From Patescibacteria group bacterium (GTDB lineage Bacteria > Patescibacteriota > Minisyncoccia > Minisyncoccales > JAHCRE01), in contig JAHCRH010000003.1 of NCBI GenBank assembly GCA_020148025.1, positions 1 through 57,773 on the forward strand: a stretch of 57,773 nucleotides of DNA. The letters are read 5' to 3'. Below the pieces are notes generated by a model. That model was not told the origin of the DNA. It did no database searches and was given only the letters and a program-made list of their open reading frames with translations. The translations under genes and the position numbers were made by a program. Shown here piece by piece: positions 8,892-16,490 of the stretch (the stretch's first letter is position 1; each line of letters opens with the position of its first letter).

Positions 8892-9014
8892 ATGAGTTTC
8901 TTGAAAATTCTTGATTTTTTAATCCACTTGATTCCATATCTACCGAAAAAATTCCAGGGGACACGGTTGGACGGACTATGGCATAAGATCTACAAACAAC
9001 CAAAGAAGCGATAG
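8892..9014 (+). CDS. Small hypothetical protein, 40 aa (MSFLKILDFLIHLIPYLPKK...)
   Basis: AAAGGTGA RBS, upstream TTGACT promoter-like site, terminator downstream. Confidence 0.5.
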   Translation: MSFLKILDFLIHLIPYLPKKFQGTRLDGLWHKIYKQPKKR

Positions 9015-9051
9015 AAACTCTTTGAATTTAAAAAGTCAACAAAAACCCATA

Positions 9052-9076
9052 ACCCACTATTTTGTGGGTTTTTTTA
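9052..9076 (+). terminator. Intrinsic terminator
   Basis: ACCCAC-loop-GTGGGT plus T run; near-identical hairpin at about 10887-10907. Confidence 0.75.
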
Positions 9077-9150
9077 TTTGACAATTTTTTTTTAAAATAG
9101 TAAAAAAGAAACAGGAGGTTTGCTCCTTAAAAATTTAGGAGGATTGAGAG

Positions 9151-10113
9151 ATGAAAACATTTGTAGATAAGTTAATGGATGCGATCCAAGAAAAACAGAG
9201 CATTCTCTGTGTAGGACTTGACCCGCAAGTAAGATATATTCCAGAGCATATCTTAGAACAGGGATACGAGATGACAAAAGATCCGTTGAGCCTCTTTGAA
9301 CCAGCTGCCCGAGCATTCGTTATTTTCTTTGAAGATATTATTAAAGCTACTGCTCCATTTGCAGCAATTGCAAAACCTCAAATGGCTTTCTATGAGGCCT
9401 ATAAGCATTGGGGCGTGTGGGCTTTCGAAGAGATAGTAAAGCTTTGCAGGAGACACGACCTTTTAGTATTAGAGGACGCAAAACGTAGTGATGGTGGCGA
9501 CACAGCAAAAGCTTATGCAGCAGGACATCTAGGAAAAGTGGATGTATGGGATCCGGTCAAATCTGAAATAGTCAAAAGACCGTCTTTCGATGTTGATGCA
9601 ATGACTGTGATGCCAGGGATTGGCACATCTTGTCTATCTCCGTTCGTAGAGGTAGTAAAAGAATTTGGTAAAGGAATTTTTGTTGTCGACAAGACATCCT
9701 TTAGACCAAATTCTGAAGTGGAACAATTGGTAACGAAAACCGGACGCAAGGTCTGGGAAGAGACAGCGCTATTAGTGAAGCAATGGAGCGAAGGGTGCGA
9801 AGGAGAAAGTGGCATAAATAACATTGGTGTTGTGATGGGTGCTACATATCCTGAGGAAGCGGTAACAATGAGAGAACTTCTTCCTAACTGTTTCTTTTTG
9901 GTTCCGGGATACGGAGCTCAAGGTGGAGGTGCTGATGGAGCAGTAAAAGGTGGCAGAGTGATAGTAAATTCTTCACGAGGTATTGACTATGCTTTCTTAA
10001 GAAAATTCAAATGCGATCCCAAAGATTTCGCTCAAGCAGCAGAAAAATCAGCCAAATTCGCAAGAGACGATTTGAATCAGGCCCTAAAGCGAGCTGGAAA
10101 AATTCCTTGGTAA
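9151..10113 (+). CDS. pyrF: Orotidine-5'-phosphate decarboxylase
   Basis: LCVGLDP, KPQMAFYE, DAKRSD, VMGAT, LVPGYGAQGG, VNSSRGI. Confidence 0.95.
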   Translation: MKTFVDKLMDAIQEKQSILCVGLDPQVRYIPEHILEQGYEMTKDPLSLFEPAARAFVIFFEDIIKATAPFAAIAKPQMAFYEAYKHWGVWAFEEIVKLCRRHDLLVLEDAKRSDGGDTAKAYAAGHLGKVDVWDPVKSEIVKRPSFDVDAMTVMPGIGTSCLSPFVEVVKEFGKGIFVVDKTSFRPNSEVEQLVTKTGRKVWEETALLVKQWSEGCEGESGINNIGVVMGATYPEEAVTMRELLPNCFFLVPGYGAQGGGADGAVKGGRVIVNSSRGIDYAFLRKFKCDPKDFAQAAEKSAKFARDDLNQALKRAGKIPW

Positions 10114-10133
10114 TTAGATAGGAGGAGAAGGTA

Positions 10134-10847
10134 ATGAACATAGAAACAGCAAGAAAAACATTAGGTTTAGAGGTAAAACTCATCGCCTTCGAAGACGTAT
10201 TTGCTTGGTGCGATGCCATCTGGATCTATCGGGGATTTGAGGGCGAACCTCACGCCCTTTTAGCTTCCGGGAAACACAGCGATGGCTATATCAATTTGAA
10301 TGCAGTTCTTCAGTTTCCGAATCTCTGTGCAGTTTTAGCCAAAGATTTGATCAAAAGGTTAGAGAAACATGGAATAACTACAGGAAATGTGGATGCAGTA
10401 GTCTCATCGAGTTTTGCCGCTCTTACCTTGGGGCAAGAGGTAGCTAGACGAATGGAAGCAATGTTTGTCTTCACAGAAAAAGAAGAAAAAAAGCAAAAAT
10501 GGACCGGAAGATTTGAACTCCCTAAAGGTACAAGAATCTTGCAAGTTGAAGAACTCATTACAACCTTAGGAACTACTAGAAAAGTCAGAGAAGCAGTTTT
10601 GAATAGCAATCCCCAAGTAGAATTCATTAAACTCGACGGAAAGATAGTTGTAGCTACCGTTTTCTACCGACCCGACAATCTGGCAAGACCTGAACCCGAT
10701 TATCAGATAATCCCGTTGATTCAAAAAGAGATTCATAATTGGTCTCCAGAAGAATGCCCACTTTGCAAGAAAGGATCTTCGGCTCTCAAGCCAAAACCAA
10801 ACTGGCAAAGATTTCTTGAGTATCAAAGAAGATTTCATGGCCCCTGA
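10134..10847 (+). CDS. pyrE: Orotate phosphoribosyltransferase-like protein (divergent)
   Basis: HALLASGKHSDGY, PRPP loop variant VEELITTLGT, WSPEECPLCK; directly after pyrF. Confidence 0.82.
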   Translation: MNIETARKTLGLEVKLIAFEDVFAWCDAIWIYRGFEGEPHALLASGKHSDGYINLNAVLQFPNLCAVLAKDLIKRLEKHGITTGNVDAVVSSSFAALTLGQEVARRMEAMFVFTEKEEKKQKWTGRFELPKGTRILQVEELITTLGTTRKVREAVLNSNPQVEFIKLDGKIVVATVFYRPDNLARPEPDYQIIPLIQKEIHNWSPEECPLCKKGSSALKPKPNWQRFLEYQRRFHGP

Positions 10848-10886
10848 AGAGACTGTTTAACAGAAAATCAAAATAGTTCCTTCCAT

Positions 10887-10952
10887 ACCCACTTTTGTGG
10901 GTTTTTTATTTAAATAAAAAAATCCCGCCCTTCATTCAATTAGTTAGGCGGG
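10887..10952. terminator. Back-to-back terminators for pyrE (+) and the RT gene (-)
   Basis: ACCCAC/GTGGGT plus T run on +; CCCGCC/GGCGGG plus T run on -. Confidence 0.7.
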
Positions 10953-11840
10953 TTGGTTTTTGAAAGCCAAATATGGCTTTTTGATTTGAGGTGGTAATTC
11001 GTTTCCGTAAATCGGTTTTAGAGAGGCAATGAAGCCTTCGATTTTTCGTGTTAGATATTCTCTGGCAAAAGAATTAGTTTCAAGAGCAGTTCTATGGATT
11101 ATTCCTCGCCATTTTCTTATGGTCTTTTTGGGCAAAGATATTCTTCCTTTACCATCTACTCGGATTCCAGTAATTAATGGTGCACCATTTCGACAATCGA
11201 ATTGTCTGATTTTCTTTGGATTTACTTTGAACCCGAATTCTTCAAGACATTGAAAAATCTTTTCTTGTATTTCAGATTTCAAAGGTCCAGGGCCTGAAAT
11301 GACAAAGTTATCAACGTAACAAGTAATATTATAACCTCGAGGACAAATAATCCAGAGTTTTCTGAATAACCCACTTTCAGTTATCGCTAGATAAAACAGA
11401 AATGGTGATGTCGGTGCTCCTTGAGGTAAAACTTGCCTGAAAGTCACTAGCTTTATTATTAAATCTAGGAGAGTTAAAGGCTCTTCTTTGAAGTAATCGG
11501 TGATTTTGGTTTGGTCAGAGATCTTTTTCCTTAGGATGTTTTTTAATTTAGAGATATTCACTGAGGGAAAGGCATTTTCGAGATCGAAGACAAAAATGAA
11601 ACGAGAACCAGAATGAGATTTCGCATGACGAACATAGGAACCGGAGCGCAGGCCGTGAATACTTCCATAATGTGTTCTCCAGATCTTTTTAAAAAACCGA
11701 AGGATTTTTCTTTGAATTTTCTCTAATTCGGGCGAGGGAATGAATAGAGTTCGAAAACCACCTCTTTTTTTGCGAATTCTAGTTTCAGTGTATTCATTAG
11801 CTAAGGGTAAGGCTTTAATCAATTCTTTCTTATCTAACAT
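10944..11840 (-). CDS. Retron-like reverse transcriptase
   Basis: KKRGGFRTL..P, HAKSH (NAxxH-like), FDLENAFPSV, LPQGAPTSP, YVDN (YxDD variant), GFKVNPKK, ITG (VTG-like). Confidence 0.9.
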   Translation of the reverse strand: MLDKKELIKALPLANEYTETRIRKKRGGFRTLFIPSPELEKIQRKILRFFKKIWRTHYGSIHGLRSGSYVRHAKSHSGSRFIFVFDLENAFPSVNISKLKNILRKKISDQTKITDYFKEEPLTLLDLIIKLVTFRQVLPQGAPTSPFLFYLAITESGLFRKLWIICPRGYNITCYVDNFVISGPGPLKSEIQEKIFQCLEEFGFKVNPKKIRQFDCRNGAPLITGIRVDGKGRISLPKKTIRKWRGIIHRTALETNSFAREYLTRKIEGFIASLKPIYGNELPPQIKKPYLAFKNQPA

Positions 11841-11865
11841 TTAATCCACCTAATTTTGAAAGGAC

Positions 11866-12018
11866 AATTGGTGGGACCTGTGGGCTACTCGAATGGTCAA
11901 ACGACAAGGACCGGATTTCCTACCAGCTGGCAGCTTCTGCCAACCGCCCACCTAGGGTTGGAACTACCTGCGACTAGTCAGCGACGGGTGGGTCTCTCTA
12001 GCCCGGTTGCCCCCAATT
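11866..12018 (-). ncRNA. RT-associated structured RNA (msr-msd-like)
   Basis: GC-rich segment between promoter and RT start; ends pair (AATTGG..GGGCTA / TAGCCC..CCAATT); internal hairpins. Confidence 0.75.
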
Positions 12019-12019
12019 T

Positions 12020-12078
12020 ATTATAGGATAATGATTTGCAATGTCAACCCTTGACAGAATTCCAGAAATTATTAAACT
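12020..12078. promoter_or_regulatory. Divergent sigma70-like promoters
   Basis: Minus strand TTGACA-16 bp-TATAAT (12047 to 12020); plus strand TTGACA at 12051 with TAAACT -10. Confidence 0.7.
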
Positions 12079-12097
12079 AAAATGGAGATGGTTAAAA

Positions 12098-12346
12098 ATG
12101 GCAGAATCGGAAAAGACTGCAAAGAAATTATTGAAAATGTTAGAAAGAGCTCAAAAGGGTTCTCAGATAGTTATGAAATTCATCAACGAAGGCAAGCTTG
12201 TGCCATCTATAGCTTCTCTCGACGGTACTGCCGAGGATACTAGGATTTATCTCGATATTCCTTGTGAAATTGGGATGATAGCCGAAGGAATCCAAGCAAT
12301 AAAGTTCAGTCCGCACACTTCTGAATTAATCATTAAGTTCGAATAA
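12098..12346 (+). CDS. Hypothetical protein, ~82 aa
   Basis: ORF track 12041-12346; start moved to ATG 12098, downstream of the promoter and GGAG; terminator at about 12390-12421. Confidence 0.65.
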   Translation: MAESEKTAKKLLKMLERAQKGSQIVMKFINEGKLVPSIASLDGTAEDTRIYLDIPCEIGMIAEGIQAIKFSPHTSELIIKFE

Positions 12347-12458
12347 GCCTAATTTTCCCGTTCCTCTCAGCTCTTTTCAAAACCCTTTGTGCCTAGTTCC
12401 CCAAAGACTAGGCATTTTTTTATTGCTAAAAGAGAGAAAATAAGTTAAAATAGAATAT

Positions 12459-13559
12459 ATGGTTAAGATAATTTCTCTTAAAAAAGAGGCTCAAAAAGAA
12501 ATAAAAAAAGCCAAAGATCTAAAAGAATTAGATCAAATTTTTAAGAAGTATTTAGGCAAAAGAGGAAAAATTACTCAAATTTTACGTTCTTTAAAGAAGC
12601 TAAAAAAAGAAACAAGAATTAAGATTGGCAAAGAAGCAAATTTGTTAAAAAAAATTGTTGAGGAGAACATAAGAGAAAAAGCCGAAAAATTAAAAGAAAA
12701 AGCCAGAGCCGAAATTTTGAAAAAAGAGCAGATTGATGTTACCGTCCCTGGCAAAAAAGTTATCCTTGGCCACTTACATCCTTTAACTCAAATTCAAAGA
12801 AAAGTTGAGGAAGTCTTTCAGTCAATGGGATTTTCAGTTGTGGAAGGGCCAGAAATTGAAACTGAGTGGTACAATTTCGATGCTTTGAATATTCCAAAAG
12901 ACCATCCAGCTAGAGATTTTTGGAACACTTTATGGCTAAAAAAAGCGACAGGCGACAGGCGACAAGAGACAAGATTACTTTTGCGAACTCATACTTCGCC
13001 AGTTCAGGTACGTTTCATGGGAAAAAATCCTCCTCCGCTACGTATTATTGTCCCGGGTCGAGTTTTCCGTCACGAAGCCACTGATGCTTCCCATGAAGTG
13101 AATTTTTATCAAATTGAAGGATTGATGGTTGATAAAAATATTTCAGTAGCAAATTTTAAGGCAATAATTCAGAAATTTTTCAAAAAATTTTTTGGAAAAC
13201 CCGCCAGAGGCCCGCTTCGCCCGCGAAGCGAGGCGAGCGAGGCTCGCCAGGGGCGGCCGATTAAAATCAGACTGAGACCAAGTTATTTCCCATTTACTGA
13301 ACCTTCTTTTGAAGTTGATATGACCTGTCTGACTTGTAGAGGAAAAGGCTGCTCAGCTTGTCAAAGAACCGGCTGGATGGAGATGATGGGAGCAGGAATG
13401 GTTCACCCAAATGTTTTTAAGGCAGTTGGTTTAAATCCAAAAGATTGGCAGGGATTCGCCTTTGGAATGGGATTAGACAGACTGGCAATGATGAAGTATA
13501 AAATAAACGATATTAGATTATTTTATTCTGGAGACTTGAGATTTTTAAATCAGTTTTAA
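12459..13559 (+). CDS. pheS: Phenylalanine-tRNA ligase alpha subunit
   Basis: HPARD, LRTHTSPVQ, YFPFTEPS, GFAFGMGLDR. Confidence 0.98.
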   Translation: MVKIISLKKEAQKEIKKAKDLKELDQIFKKYLGKRGKITQILRSLKKLKKETRIKIGKEANLLKKIVEENIREKAEKLKEKARAEILKKEQIDVTVPGKKVILGHLHPLTQIQRKVEEVFQSMGFSVVEGPEIETEWYNFDALNIPKDHPARDFWNTLWLKKATGDRRQETRLLLRTHTSPVQVRFMGKNPPPLRIIVPGRVFRHEATDASHEVNFYQIEGLMVDKNISVANFKAIIQKFFKKFFGKPARGPLRPRSEASEARQGRPIKIRLRPSYFPFTEPSFEVDMTCLTCRGKGCSACQRTGWMEMMGAGMVHPNVFKAVGLNPKDWQGFAFGMGLDRLAMMKYKINDIRLFYSGDLRFLNQF

Positions 13560-13561
13560 AA

Positions 13562-14335
13562 ATGAGGGAACAAAAATCTTTTACCCTAATTGAATTAATG
13601 GTAGTTATTGCCATTTTGGGTCTTTTAGCAAGTATTATTTTAGTAAGTTTAAGTGGAGTAAAAGAAAGAGCTAGAATTGCCAAGATCTTGGTATTTAGTC
13701 AAAGCGTTCATCATCTTCTCGGTGCCGATGTGGTAGGTATGTGGAGTTTTGAGACCATAGAACCAGGAAATAAAGTTCTTGACGCTTCAGGTTATGAGAA
13801 TCACGGAACTGTTGTTGGTGCCACTCTAACCAAAGGCGTCATTGGAAACGCTCTAAGTTTCAACCACGGAGATTATGTGAAAGTTCCAAAAGGAAATCTA
13901 GCGATTACCGGGGATGTAACAGTTTCATTTTGGTGGTTCCCAACTTATTGTCCCGAAACTTATATGGGAATATTAATTTCAATGGGTAATCATCCAAAAG
14001 AAGCGTATATTTTTTATGTAATGGGGCAGGGAATACCCCCTTATACTTGTTGGCTTTATTGGGGATTTTATGATAATAGTGGTTCTGAACGAAATGTTGT
14101 ATTTTATGTTCCATTCTCGAATATTTCGAATAGGTGGAATCATATACTCGGCGTAAGGAAAAATGGAGTTCTTACTCTTTATTTAAATGGAGATCGGGTA
14201 GCCGGCCCTACGGATTATAGTACTTATCCAGTTGTAACCCCAGTCGATGATTTAGGCATCTCAGCATTTAGCAATGGGGCTAATACAGTGAAGGGTCTCT
14301 TCGACGAGATCCGCATTTACGAACAAAGTTTTTGA
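13562..14335 (+). CDS. Prepilin-type N-terminal domain plus LamG-like domain protein
   Basis: SFTLIELMVVIAI, DASGYENHG, WNHILGV, DEIRIY. Confidence 0.88.
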   Translation: MREQKSFTLIELMVVIAILGLLASIILVSLSGVKERARIAKILVFSQSVHHLLGADVVGMWSFETIEPGNKVLDASGYENHGTVVGATLTKGVIGNALSFNHGDYVKVPKGNLAITGDVTVSFWWFPTYCPETYMGILISMGNHPKEAYIFYVMGQGIPPYTCWLYWGFYDNSGSERNVVFYVPFSNISNRWNHILGVRKNGVLTLYLNGDRVAGPTDYSTYPVVTPVDDLGISAFSNGANTVKGLFDEIRIYEQSF

Positions 14336-14353
14336 CGCCTTACATTTTTCACC

Positions 14354-16480
14354 ATGATATTTTCTTATAATTGGTTACAATCTTTTTTTGAGAAAAAATT
14401 ACTAAAACCAAAAAAATTGGCTGAGCTTTTAACCATGCATTCTTTTGAAGTTTCAGAAGTTAAAAGAGTTGGAAAAGATTTTACTTTAGATATTGATATT
14501 TTGCCAAATAGGGGACCGGATTGTTTTTCCCATATTGGAATAGCTCGTGAGTGCGCGACACTGTTAAATTTTAAATTCCAAATCTCAAATGAGGAACTAA
14601 AAGAAGATAAAAATATAAAAGCTAAAGATTTTATTAAAGTAGAGGTTAAGGGCCGGAAAGCTTGTCCTAGATATACTGCTAGAGTAGTCAGTGGTGTCAA
14701 AGTGGCTCCTTCTCCAAAATGGTTAAAGGAAAGATTAGGAATTTGTGGGATTAAACCAATCAACAATGTTGTAGATATTGCTAATTTTGTGATGTTAGAA
14801 ACTGGTCAGCCTCTTCACGCTTTTGATTTAGAGAAACTTGAAGGCCCCAAAGGAAAGCCCTCAGCTTCCTACGGGGCAGGTAAAAAAATTATTGTCAGGT
14901 TTGCAAAAAAAAGAGAAAGAATTGTCACCTTGGATGAAGAAAGATACGATTTAAATCCAGATATTTTAGTAATCGCAGATGCTAAGAAGCCAGTAGCCAT
15001 TGCTGGAATTAAGGGAGGAATAATCCCAGAAATCGATAAAAAAACAAAGATGGTAATGCTTGAATCAGCCAATTTTAATCCCAAAATTATCCGTCGGAGT
15101 TCAAAAAAATTAGGCCTGAAAACCGATGCTTCTTGGCGTTTCGAACATGGGATTGATCCTAATCTCACGGGATTTGCAATAAATAGAGCCGCTTTCCTGA
15201 TTCAAAAAATTACAGGTGGGAAGATAGCCCAGGGTTTAATTGATTTTTATCCCAAAAAAGTTTTCCCAAAAAAAATTAAATTGGATCTAGATTATGTCGA
15301 TAGATTATTGGGCATAAAAATATCAAAGTCAGAAATAAAAAATATCTTAAGGAAGTTAAGTTTCAAATTGACAGAGACCCGGTCTCTGTCATCTCGGACA
15401 GTGGTGGTTGAGGTCCCCACTTTTAGATTAGATGTTTCTCTCCCTGAGGATTTAATCGAAGAGATTGGCAGAATTTCGGGCTTTCAGAAAATTCCGGCCA
15501 TTCTTCCTTTAGTTTCTTTGATTCCTCCCAAAAGAAATATTGATCGTTTTTGGGAAAATTTCTCCAAAGATACTTTAAAAGAGACTGGCTTTTCTGAAGT
15601 TTATAATTACTCTTTCATTAGCCAAAATTCAGCGAAAATTTTTGGATATCAATTAAAAGATTTAATTGAGATAGAGAATCCGATGAGTATTGAGCAAAAA
15701 TATTTGCGTCCAAGCTTAATTCCGAATTTATTAAAGAATGTTAAAGAAAATATGAGAAATCTTGGAGAGATTAAGATTTTCGAATTGGGTAAAATTTTCA
15801 GAAAATATTCTCCTAAAAAAAATTTTGAGAAAAGATCACTAACCGGTTTGATTTTTAAAAAAGAAAAAAAAGCTGAGAATTTTTATGAACTAAAAGGGGT
15901 CTGCGATTTAATTTTGGAAAAAATGGGAATTTCAAATTTTTGGTACGATACTTACAAACCTACCCCCGCCGCCGAAGGCGAGCCTCGCCAGGGGCGGGAG
16001 GAATCAAAAATTTCCATTTGGCACCCTAAAAAATGTGCAGAGATAAAAATCGATCATCAAGAAATTGGATTTTTAGGAGAAATTTCTCCTAAGATTTTAG
16101 ACGAACTTAAAGTTGGGAATGTTGTGATTTTCGATTTTGATTTTGAAAAATTACAGAAATTAGCAACTGAGGAGCATGAGTTTAGGCTAATTTCCAAATA
16201 TCCAGCAGCAATTAGAGACTTAGCTATTTTGATTCCCTTGGAAGTTAGAATTGAAGAGGTTTTAAACAAAATTGAAATTGCCGGCGGCTCCCTGGTAAGA
16301 GATATCGATTTATTTGATATATACACAGGAGAGGAAATTCCTGAGGGGAAAAAGAATTTGGCTTTCCATGTAATTTACCAGTCAGAAGTTAAAACTTTAA
16401 ATTCAAGAGAAATTGATGAGATCCACCAAAAAATAATTAAAGCTCTAGAAAAAGAAAAGGAATGGGAAATTCGCAAATAA
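14354..16480 (+). CDS. pheT: Phenylalanine-tRNA ligase beta subunit (short form)
   Basis: INNVVDIANFVMLETGQPLHAFD, RFEHGID, DLIEEIGR, C-terminal FDX-ACB domain. Confidence 0.97.
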   Translation: MIFSYNWLQSFFEKKLLKPKKLAELLTMHSFEVSEVKRVGKDFTLDIDILPNRGPDCFSHIGIARECATLLNFKFQISNEELKEDKNIKAKDFIKVEVKGRKACPRYTARVVSGVKVAPSPKWLKERLGICGIKPINNVVDIANFVMLETGQPLHAFDLEKLEGPKGKPSASYGAGKKIIVRFAKKRERIVTLDEERYDLNPDILVIADAKKPVAIAGIKGGIIPEIDKKTKMVMLESANFNPKIIRRSSKKLGLKTDASWRFEHGIDPNLTGFAINRAAFLIQKITGGKIAQGLIDFYPKKVFPKKIKLDLDYVDRLLGIKISKSEIKNILRKLSFKLTETRSLSSRTVVVEVPTFRLDVSLPEDLIEEIGRISGFQKIPAILPLVSLIPPKRNIDRFWENFSKDTLKETGFSEVYNYSFISQNSAKIFGYQLKDLIEIENPMSIEQKYLRPSLIPNLLKNVKENMRNLGEIKIFELGKIFRKYSPKKNFEKRSLTGLIFKKEKKAENFYELKGVCDLILEKMGISNFWYDTYKPTPAAEGEPRQGREESKISIWHPKKCAEIKIDHQEIGFLGEISPKILDELKVGNVVIFDFDFEKLQKLATEEHEFRLISKYPAAIRDLAILIPLEVRIEEVLNKIEIAGGSLVRDIDLFDIYTGEEIPEGKKNLAFHVIYQSEVKTLNSREIDEIHQKIIKALEKEKEWEIRK

Positions 16481-16490
16481 TTACAAAAAT

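Noticed and set aside
10134-10847. PRTase as the retron effector
   Set aside because: It is convergent to the RT, separated by two terminators, and co-oriented directly after pyrF
10944-12018. Group II intron
   Set aside because: RT is short with no maturase domain, and no domain V/VI-like 3' structure was seen
10944-14335. Diversity-generating retroelement targeting pilin-LamG
   Set aside because: RT motifs are retron-like; no TR/VR pair with adenine-specific mismatches and no Avd gene were seen
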